Below, in pieces: positions 56,822 through 64,000 of a DNA stretch of 64,000 bases. The stretch comes from a virus (Duplodnaviria; Caudoviricetes): the IMG/VR virus record IMGVR_UViG_2700988937_000001, positions 6,507 through 70,506 of that record, one strand, 5' to 3'. Within the stretch, counting starts at the first letter, position 1. Each line of letters begins with the position of its first letter. The notes beneath the pieces are model-generated. The model was given only the letters and a program-made list of their open reading frames with translations, made no database searches and was not told the DNA's origin. Both the position numbers and the translations under genes were made by a program.

Positions 56822-57151
56822 ATGATTATCGAGTCAACACGTGAATTCATGGTTTCGTGCGATTCGTTTAGGATCGAATGCAGCCAATGTGGTGATTGGT
56901 CAAACGGCTTCTCCCGCAACGATCTTGATGAGTTCAAAGCCAAGCATGAGCACAAGAACGAACGATTCTATGTCCAATGCAATTCAGAGGGTGAAGATTT
57001 GGCCGTAGTGAAAATGACCTACGATCAACAGGCCGTAATCGAAAAGTTTGAACGAGATTCGGAGCGAAAACGTCAGTGGCGCAAAGAGAATGAGGGCAAA
57101 TTTGCCACTCGTGAGGAACTGATGGAAGCGTACAAAAAGGAATTTTGTTGA
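56822..57151 (+). CDS. Hypothetical protein
   Basis: GGGAGG RBS; CSQC...H. Confidence 0.65.
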   Translation: MIIESTREFMVSCDSFRIECSQCGDWSNGFSRNDLDEFKAKHEHKNERFYVQCNSEGEDLAVVKMTYDQQAVIEKFERDSERKRQWRKENEGKFATREELMEAYKKEFC

Positions 57152-57498
57152 TGAACTTCAATACTGGAGCGAAGCCCATGCCTGAGTACCCCGGTCTCGT
57201 TTCTCGGCAAGACCTCGTAGATTTGTGCCGAGGCGAATTGCCAAGGCTCGTAAAGGAAAACGAGCTGTTGGCAGAAAATATCGATCTATTTGAGAGGCAA
57301 CATGGAGACCATCGAGCAACCATCCAATCGTTCAATCTTGGGCTGGCTGAGAATATCGGTTTCCAAAAGGCTCTTCGCATGGTTTGTGAGTGGGCCAAGG
57401 ATCATCTGGTCGAAGAACCAGCCATAGGCGATCCCGAAGACGAAATTGCCGACTACCGTAAACAATTGAAAGATAAGTTCGGCGCAAGTGATCACTAA
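57145..57498 (+). CDS. Hypothetical protein
   Basis: Operon packing. Confidence 0.65.
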   Translation: MLMNFNTGAKPMPEYPGLVSRQDLVDLCRGELPRLVKENELLAENIDLFERQHGDHRATIQSFNLGLAENIGFQKALRMVCEWAKDHLVEEPAIGDPEDEIADYRKQLKDKFGASDH

Positions 57499-57514
57499 CA
57501 GGAAAGGAAATTAA

Positions 57515-57781
57515 ATGAACGACGAAAAGCCCGAGAAGGAAATCGAAAAAGAAACCGACCAGACAGTCCCACCGGTGCAGGAAATCGCCAACATCCCAGT
57601 GGTTTTCATTCACTATGGTTTCGGTGAGCTGCAAATCACCACAGCGATGCCGCAGATTCCGGCTGTCAACGAGTCTGTGAGTTTCGACAGTGATGACATC
57701 CCCACCGGTCGTGTGTTCGGGGTGTCATGGGTGTACCAGCGCAAGACACAACAGTGGCACGCAGAGGTTCACATCCGGTGA
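57515..57781 (+). CDS. Hypothetical protein
   Basis: GAAAGGA RBS. Confidence 0.7.
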   Translation: MNDEKPEKEIEKETDQTVPPVQEIANIPVVFIHYGFGELQITTAMPQIPAVNESVSFDSDDIPTGRVFGVSWVYQRKTQQWHAEVHIR

Positions 57782-57930
57782 GTGTCCCTAGTGCTGTAAA
57801 TCATTCTGACCCAACGGGATTCGTCAGTGCAGCGGTGCAAAGTCTCAAACGCGCTGTACGAATCCTCAAGGGAGACACCGAGCTTGAAGAAATGATAGAT
57901 CGACTGGAAAAGAGGTTCGATCTTGATTAA
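57778..57930 (+). CDS. Small hypothetical protein
   Basis: GTGA overlap. Confidence 0.5.
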   Translation: MSVPSAVNHSDPTGFVSAAVQSLKRAVRILKGDTELEEMIDRLEKRFDLD

Positions 57931-58135
57931 TCAAACCGACCACAACAAGGAATGGTTTCAAATCACGGTGACTCTTGGGAATTTCGGAAGCCGTGAGGAA
58001 GCCCGCCAGGCGGTCGAAGAAATGATCAAACGTCCAGATTTCATCCAGTCGTACATAGAAGGATCGTGGAATGTCAAAGGACAAGAAGAACAAGAACAAC
58101 AAGAACTTTCGACCGGGACGGGATCGGGATTCTGA
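57923..58135 (+). CDS. Hypothetical protein
   Basis: Operon packing. Confidence 0.55.
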   Translation: MINQTDHNKEWFQITVTLGNFGSREEARQAVEEMIKRPDFIQSYIEGSWNVKGQEEQEQQELSTGTGSGF

Positions 58136-58481
58136 CGAAACCGCCGATCACATCAGACCGGTGGACAAGACTCGCTCTGTAGAAGCCCCGGCTGGACAGT
58201 TCGTGGACGTGCCACGGGGGATGATTGCGGTTCCCGGTGCAATCGTTGATGAACAAGGTGTGCTTCGCCGGGAAACCGGGGAACTGGCGATTTGGCATCA
58301 CCGCTGTAAATTCCACGGGCCGTGCGAAAGATACACGGACAAAACAAAATTCGTTCAGCCCGAAGAAGTAGTTGACATTGCCGGTTCGCCTTGGTGTCCC
58401 GATTGCGTTGACAAGATGCAAGAGGATGCGAAACGGAAGAAGGTTCACGAAATGTTTCGAGAAAAGTTGGAGGAAAACTGA
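58071..58481 (+). CDS. Hypothetical protein with Cys motifs
   Basis: C..HG ... CPDC. Confidence 0.65.
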   Translation: MSKDKKNKNNKNFRPGRDRDSDETADHIRPVDKTRSVEAPAGQFVDVPRGMIAVPGAIVDEQGVLRRETGELAIWHHRCKFHGPCERYTDKTKFVQPEEVVDIAGSPWCPDCVDKMQEDAKRKKVHEMFREKLEEN

Positions 58482-58789
58482 TGCGAGAAAATGGATCTAT
58501 TGAAAATGTCACAGAGGCCGTCAAGACGATTGAGGCATTGTGTTCGTATTTGAGTGGTCGTATCGTAGAGTTGCGAGAAGAAAGGAAGATGATCGAAAAC
58601 AAACACGCAGAAATTACCGCCGAACTGCAATACCATGAAACTTCCCTCGCACGTGCCAACCGAGCGATGGATGCTTTTTTAGGTAACGACGAGACTCGTC
58701 CTGCTGTTGACCCCGAGGCGGTGTCCTATGAGAGGGAAAGGGCTGAGGCAGCCAAGTTTATTCGCCGCGTTCCCAACTCTGAACTCTAA
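58481..58789 (+). CDS. Coiled-coil hypothetical protein
   Basis: GGAGG RBS; TGATG overlap. Confidence 0.7.
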   Translation: MRENGSIENVTEAVKTIEALCSYLSGRIVELREERKMIENKHAEITAELQYHETSLARANRAMDAFLGNDETRPAVDPEAVSYERERAEAAKFIRRVPNSEL

Positions 58790-58821
58790 CAATAACTTTC
58801 CCCGGACCTAGAAAGAAAAAC

Positions 58822-59286
58822 ATGACCAGCACCCTGAACTCTTTTGTCAACCCCGTCGGCAACATCAGCGGGGAAGGTAAAATCAAAATCATCGAAGGAC
58901 TCACAGTCCTTGCAACTGCGGTTGCTCGCAACAACTACGAAAAAGGTTGGCGCGAACCGGGGGCCGTTCCGCGACCTATTGGTGATCTGATCGCGCTGCT
59001 GCATTCAGAAGTCACCGAAGCGTTCGAGGCTTACCGCAACAACGAACCAGAGCTGTGGTTTGAATACCCTGACAAGGAAACGCCTTTCGAGGAATTCCGT
59101 ACCGACCCCGACACCGGGGAAACTACTTTGGGTAAGCCCCAAGGAATCACTTCCGAATTGGCAGACGTGATCATTCGCGTTTTCGATATGGCCGCGGAGT
59201 TGGAACTGCCGTTGGTGGAAGCACTTCTCGCTAAACACGAGTACAACCAGACCCGCCCGTATCGCCACGGAGGCAAAGCGGTATGA
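58822..59286 (+). CDS. MazG-like nucleotide pyrophosphohydrolase
   Basis: LLHSEVTEAFEA ... ELADVIIR..D ... K..YN..R..RHGGK. Confidence 0.85.
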   Translation: MTSTLNSFVNPVGNISGEGKIKIIEGLTVLATAVARNNYEKGWREPGAVPRPIGDLIALLHSEVTEAFEAYRNNEPELWFEYPDKETPFEEFRTDPDTGETTLGKPQGITSELADVIIRVFDMAAELELPLVEALLAKHEYNQTRPYRHGGKAV

Positions 59287-59546
59287 GAGCTAATGAAAAT
59301 TTCGAACAGAAAGAGATCACGAGTTACATGATTGGGTGCTCTTTCTGTTCGAAGAAAGTTCGCAAGGATGTCCCTGATTACGACCGAGATGACTATCGCG
59401 CCGGAAGCGCCGTTGAGAAAACTCGTCGTGATCTGCAAGCCCAAGCGATACAAGATGGTTGGACAGTGAAATCTACCAATCAAGGATATAAGATCAACCT
59501 CTGCCCCGACCACACAAAATCACTCAAGGAAGCAGGAATCCAATGA
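59283..59546 (+). CDS. Small Zn-binding hypothetical protein
   Basis: CSFC ... GW ... CPDH. Confidence 0.65.
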   Translation: MRANENFEQKEITSYMIGCSFCSKKVRKDVPDYDRDDYRAGSAVEKTRRDLQAQAIQDGWTVKSTNQGYKINLCPDHTKSLKEAGIQ

Positions 59547-59866
59547 ACCGAATTTTTCTCTACACCATCTGGCATCGAGTTGAAGACTTGATCGAAAATC
59601 CTGAGTGGCGGAAACTTTCACTTGAGCTGGAACAGATTTTCGCCGATGATCCAGAAGCGCAAGGCGCGACGGCTGAAGTCGAAAGTCTGCGTTCACAATT
59701 GCGAGAACTCCCGCAGATGATTACCGACCCGAACAATCCTCGTGGCGTGCGCTACGTGGCGGTCAAGGTCGTTGATTCCATCGATGTCGCACAGACTGTG
59801 TGCGCGCACCCTTCGGGGGAGTACACCTACACAATCGCTGAAGCGTGGTACGGAGAAAACGTCTAA
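59543..59866 (+). CDS. Hypothetical protein
   Basis: ATGA overlap. Confidence 0.7.
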   Translation: MNRIFLYTIWHRVEDLIENPEWRKLSLELEQIFADDPEAQGATAEVESLRSQLRELPQMITDPNNPRGVRYVAVKVVDSIDVAQTVCAHPSGEYTYTIAEAWYGENV

Positions 59867-59869
59867 ACC

Positions 59870-60259
59870 ATGAACGCAGCTGAGTTAGCCCGCCAGGTGG
59901 CAGAAGCGGAAGCTTTGGTTCGTCAACTCGAACGTGGACAAAAAGTCACTCCGAAGCAATCACAACCTGTGCTGAATAACTCTCACGGCGGTTACGCGGG
60001 GAAGTCCCTGATCCAAAAGATCAGGGACGACCTTCGCGAAACTATCGGTGAGAGAGAAGAAAAGAGAATTCGCAACAGCGATCAAATTGACACTGAGAGC
60101 GAATATCTCGACGGCCTGATCGACGGCATGTGTCATGCGCTGGGCATCCTGCGGCAGAATGAGGGCGATGTTGAGAGGCGCTGGGCTGAAGCCGAGTACC
60201 GACAGACCCTCAAGAACGAGCAAGACGTGACATCGGAGGGGAAAAACGAAAATGAGTGA
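59870..60259 (+). CDS. Hypothetical protein
   Basis: GGAG RBS. Confidence 0.7.
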   Translation: MNAAELARQVAEAEALVRQLERGQKVTPKQSQPVLNNSHGGYAGKSLIQKIRDDLRETIGEREEKRIRNSDQIDTESEYLDGLIDGMCHALGILRQNEGDVERRWAEAEYRQTLKNEQDVTSEGKNENE

Positions 60260-60572
60260 TGGGGGAGAGCTCGAAAAAGAAGAGCGCGAGCACCGTCGGT
60301 GGCTGGCAAAGCACGGTGTCTGTGAGGTCAAGGTGGAGTTCGTCGTTCAGGATGGCGAGTGCGGGCAAGTAACTTTTGTTCACCGAACGCTGTTGGACAA
60401 ACGCGATCTGGCCCAGTTTTCACAATGGGGAGATTACTTGTCGGAAGTGGCTTTTCCCGGAATGACTAAAGACATGCAATCTCATGTTAAAGAAAAGATC
60501 GAAGAGGGGAAATTGTGGGAAGGGGCATATCTTGTGACTCATCCCGACGACATGCCTACATCTAGTGATTAG
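60252..60572 (+). CDS. Hypothetical protein
   Basis: GGAGG RBS. Confidence 0.7.
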   Translation: MSDGGELEKEEREHRRWLAKHGVCEVKVEFVVQDGECGQVTFVHRTLLDKRDLAQFSQWGDYLSEVAFPGMTKDMQSHVKEKIEEGKLWEGAYLVTHPDDMPTSSD

Positions 60573-60639
60573 TGCTCTGACCTGCGGTTTCGTGATACCG
60601 TGGGAGTTTGCCCAACGACGACGACGTGGAGGTTTTTGC

Positions 60640-60813
60640 ATGGCTTCCAATGATGAAAACCAAAATTCCGAAGCCCCAGAAGATTTCGATGAAGAGGCTC
60701 GCCTCGCCTTTTTACAGGGTTACTGTGAACTAGCTAGTGAAACTCTTCTGGAAATGAAAACCAAACTGACCCAGGTTAGTGACAGCTTTAAGAATCTGAG
60801 GCCCGAAAATTGA
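60640..60813 (+). CDS. Small acidic hypothetical protein
   Basis: GGAGG RBS before ATG 60640. Confidence 0.55.
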   Translation: MASNDENQNSEAPEDFDEEARLAFLQGYCELASETLLEMKTKLTQVSDSFKNLRPEN

Positions 60814-63518
60814 GCGTTCCGACCGTGATGAATCCGTACCGGGACACTGCCACCAAGTACTACAACAACGCGTGGTTCGGTCCTCTCATCTTGCCGTACA
60901 AGATGAAAGAAAAACCGCCCAGTGCCTACACCGGACGGCAGGCGGATTACCCTCAGAAAGAAACCATCAAAGAGTGGATCAATGACGGTGAGAGACACAA
61001 TATCTGCATTCGCCTGGCGGGTGTTGACAAAGAGCATGAAATCATCGGGATCGATGTAGACGATTATTGGAAGGGCGACAAGAAAAAAGACGGGGGAGAA
61101 CAACTTCAACGGCTTGTCGATTCGCTTGGGCCGCTACCGGATACGTGGATTAGCAGTGCGCGTACCGATGGAACAAGCGGGATTCGATATTACCGGGTTC
61201 CACGCGGTCTGGCTTTTCGGGGTAAGGCTGACAAGGATATTGAAATTATCCAAAAGCGTCACCGATACGCAATCGTCTGGCCGTCAATCCACCCTGACGG
61301 AGGAACGTACTGGTGGTTCCCGCCAGGGATAGCTCCCGACAAAAACGGGAAGTCGGTGTGGGACGGAGTTTTACCTGACGCCCGACAACTGCCATTGCTT
61401 CCTGAGTCGTGGATAGAATTTTTATCCAACAACAGGTTGGTTATGCCCAAAGATGGACTTATCGACATGGATACGCCAGTCGATAACGTCTATGACTGGG
61501 CGACCGAAACCTTCCACGGCGACGATGACACGCAGCCGTGTACGAAGATGCGCGAAAAACTCGACAAGCACATCTTGAAGATCAAGAACAGCAGTACGTT
61601 TCACGATCTTCTGGTCAACGCACATTGGAATATTCTCAATCTCGCGTTTGAAGGCCACGTTGGGTGGAATGAAGCGATAAATGAGCTAGAACAAGTGTGG
61701 GCCAATGCGGTTGCCGAACGCGGTGGAACAACTGTGCGCGACCTCTCGACGCTAAATGGAGAAATTTTCCGGTCGAGAATTCAAGCTCTGAGGCAGATAA
61801 AAGCAAAATCTGATGACCGTGTTGAGCTTGGGGCCAAGCCGCTGGACCCGTGCTGCCTGGTGACCGGAGCGTGCGGTGGGGACGCTGCTGTGCCGGTCTC
61901 TGATAGCGACGATGGGACCGATGACCCGCTGTCGGACGTGCCTCAAGGCGCGATGAAAGGTGTGCCTGACTATGAAACTAACGATGACGGTAACGCACAA
62001 CATTTCGTAGATATGTTTTCGTCGTTGGAGACCGGACCTGCAATGCGTTATGCAGAAGGTGCCGGTTGGATGGTTTGGCACAAAGGAAAAGAAGGAAAAA
62101 CCGGGCACTGGGAACTTGATCCTGAAGGCGATCAGGTTGTCCGACGAATGTGGCAAAAAGTCAAGAAACGACAATCTGCTTATGCTGATGCGTGTTTTGG
62201 TGACTGGCAACAGAAGATTCAAGATTTCGCAAACGGTCAGGCTACCGAAGCTGATGTGAAAGCAGCCAAGGCGAGGTATGACAAGTGGAATCGATGGAGC
62301 GAGATGTCGGGAAACAACCGACAAGCGGAAAACGCGATCAAAGCCACTCGTTCAATACCCGGTGTTTCGATTTCTGTGAATTCACTAGACCGCAATCCGT
62401 TCCTCTTGGGTGTTGCCAATGGGGTAGTGGAACTAGGGGACGAACAGAACATCCGGTTGAGGACAGCGACGCCAGAAGATTTGATCACGCTGAACACAAA
62501 TCAACCTTACGAACAACCTTCAAAATTCGCGATGGAGAAGTGGCAGGAGTACCTAAACACGTTTCTTCCTGATCCAGATTTGCAACGCGTTACGCAGATC
62601 GCGATGGGTCACTGCTTGATCGGAGGCAATCCTGAAAAGATTCTGATCGTTCTCAAGGGCAAAACTAATACTGGTAAATCTACGATGATCAGTGCGATAG
62701 AAAGTGCTATTGGAGATTATGCGAAACCTGTTACTCAAACCATTTTCCAAAATCACAAACTCAATCCAGCTCTGGCATACGCGCTCACAAAACGGATCAT
62801 TGTATGTTCTGAATTTGACGAGAAGGATGCGCTTTCAGCTAGTCAAGTTAAGAGGCTCACGGGCGGTTCTGATAAAATTTCTGCTGAACTCAAAGGATCT
62901 AACACTCTCATTGAGGGTGTACCCCAGTTTGTTCCGATTCTCGCAACCAACGAAGTTCCTTCAATTTCAGGTGCAGACAAGGCTCTTGAAAACCGACTCT
63001 ATGTGATTCCGTTCAACGTCACGCCTCAAACTATCGACAAACGATCTGCGATGGTTATCGAAAAAGTGTGTGGTGTGGCTGTGTTGAACTGGCTTATTGA
63101 GGGTTATCGCATGTATCGGCAGATGGGAGAGTTGCCGAGAACAAATCAGATCAAAGCTGAAACTGCTGATTTCATGAGCGATCTGGACCCAATTGCAATG
63201 TTCGCACATGAGTGCATAGAGCGAGTGGATCAAGATGGCAAGCGTGGTTACATTAAAAATCCAGATATGTACTTACGGTTCAATCGTTGGTGGACTGAAA
63301 ATGAATTCAAGCACAATGACAAGCCGAGCCAACCGTTGTTTACGAAGAGAATGCGCGCTTTGGGATATATCCAAAGGCAAGCAACCATTGACGGAGATAA
63401 CGGTAAATGGTGGTTTGGCGTAGGATTTAAGAAAACCAAGAAGAGCAATGTTCTCAATATGCCCAATTTAAGCAAGACCAAAACTGTAAGTCAGACGGAA
63501 ACAGGAGATTTGATATGA
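60810..63518 (+). CDS. Bifunctional primase-polymerase / D5-like SF3 helicase
   Basis: N-terminal Prim-Pol (GIDVD, PSIHP); D5-like NGVVEL; Walker A GKTNTGKST; ATNE motif C. Confidence 0.9.
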   Translation: MSVPTVMNPYRDTATKYYNNAWFGPLILPYKMKEKPPSAYTGRQADYPQKETIKEWINDGERHNICIRLAGVDKEHEIIGIDVDDYWKGDKKKDGGEQLQRLVDSLGPLPDTWISSARTDGTSGIRYYRVPRGLAFRGKADKDIEIIQKRHRYAIVWPSIHPDGGTYWWFPPGIAPDKNGKSVWDGVLPDARQLPLLPESWIEFLSNNRLVMPKDGLIDMDTPVDNVYDWATETFHGDDDTQPCTKMREKLDKHILKIKNSSTFHDLLVNAHWNILNLAFEGHVGWNEAINELEQVWANAVAERGGTTVRDLSTLNGEIFRSRIQALRQIKAKSDDRVELGAKPLDPCCLVTGACGGDAAVPVSDSDDGTDDPLSDVPQGAMKGVPDYETNDDGNAQHFVDMFSSLETGPAMRYAEGAGWMVWHKGKEGKTGHWELDPEGDQVVRRMWQKVKKRQSAYADACFGDWQQKIQDFANGQATEADVKAAKARYDKWNRWSEMSGNNRQAENAIKATRSIPGVSISVNSLDRNPFLLGVANGVVELGDEQNIRLRTATPEDLITLNTNQPYEQPSKFAMEKWQEYLNTFLPDPDLQRVTQIAMGHCLIGGNPEKILIVLKGKTNTGKSTMISAIESAIGDYAKPVTQTIFQNHKLNPALAYALTKRIIVCSEFDEKDALSASQVKRLTGGSDKISAELKGSNTLIEGVPQFVPILATNEVPSISGADKALENRLYVIPFNVTPQTIDKRSAMVIEKVCGVAVLNWLIEGYRMYRQMGELPRTNQIKAETADFMSDLDPIAMFAHECIERVDQDGKRGYIKNPDMYLRFNRWWTENEFKHNDKPSQPLFTKRMRALGYIQRQATIDGDNGKWWFGVGFKKTKKSNVLNMPNLSKTKTVSQTETGDLI

Positions 63519-63769
63519 CAGAATGCGGCAATTGCCATCGAACCGATGTTGACGAAACCAAAGAGGGCAACTGGTTAACTTGGGTTTCGTGGTGCGAGGG
63601 TAACAAATTTATTTCTACACTCTTTTTGTGTGATCTCTGCTTTGAGGATGGCGACTATGAGGTCGGCGGTACAGGCGGGCTGGTGGACTACGGGTGGTCA
63701 GACGGGCACCAGTTGGCCGACAACTCTGAAACTTTTGCCACTCTGAAACACATGCGAAACCCTGCATAA
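63515..63769 (+). CDS. Hypothetical protein with CxxC pairs
   Basis: AGGAG RBS; ATGA overlap. Confidence 0.6.
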   Translation: MTECGNCHRTDVDETKEGNWLTWVSWCEGNKFISTLFLCDLCFEDGDYEVGGTGGLVDYGWSDGHQLADNSETFATLKHMRNPA

Positions 63770-63984
63770 GTCCTGGTCAAAGGCATTTTAGTTACAGAGT
63801 TTCAGAGATTACAGAGATTTAATCAAAATACACACGATATAAAGACAACGAAAAACTAAAACTACATACAGCACTTTCCCCTATAGCCGACGATGACCCC
63901 GATACCTGAAACTTCTGTAACTTCGCAGGTCAGGGCGTAATTTCACTGAAACCCAACACTGAAACCCCAGGTCAGACCTGAAAC
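63726..63984. repeat. Iteron-like CTG(A/T)AAC heptamers in both orientations around an A-rich spacer (putative origin)
   Basis: About 10 copies, listed in findings. Confidence 0.65.
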
Positions 63985-64000
63985 GAGGTACCCTAGAGCT

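Noticed and set aside
35581-58821. Recurring AGAAAGA upstream of several early genes as a novel start-associated sequence
   Set aside because: It is explained as a Shine-Dalgarno variant complementary to the actinobacterial 16S 3' end (AGAAAGGAGG).
1-64000. Integrase, repressor, intron or intein
   Set aside because: No tyrosine or serine recombinase motifs were seen. DnaE, the helicase and the primase show no obvious intein or intron insertions.

Overview
The window is about 64 kb of a tailed (siphovirus-type) actinobacteriophage genome, very likely a mycobacteriophage. It has lysin A and lysin B, and its base composition looks near 50% GC by eye. The gene order and content resemble Patience-like cluster U/H/R/D phages; that assignment is an inference, not a database match. 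Essentially all real genes lie on the + strand. 1-31.8 kb holds the virion and lysis module: portal C-terminus, an array of very basic paralogous proteins, a JAB/MPN protease, MuF-like protein, scaffold, capsid accessory, major capsid, head-tail connectors, major tail, tail chaperones, tape measure, minor tails, lysins and holin-like genes. 32-64 kb holds early and replication genes: many small hypotheticals, a DUF932-like protein, SNF2 helicase, Cas4/RecB-like nuclease, Sak4-like ATPase, SSB-like protein, tRNA-Gln, DnaE, RuvC-like resolvase, an RHH regulator, MazG-like protein and a primase-helicase. No integrase or repressor is seen in the window. The most striking unexplained signals are: (1) a dense array of 17 sequence-variable hairpins all closed by C-GAA-G, embedded in and just after the gene at 32247-32963; (2) a family of 6-7 basic proteins sharing an N-terminal leader, next to a JAB protease; (3) a PIFGG|T motif shared by the scaffold and major capsid N-termini; (4) a candidate -1 frameshift adding a Tudor/SH3-like domain; (5) an origin-like inverted iteron cluster at the right end of the window.
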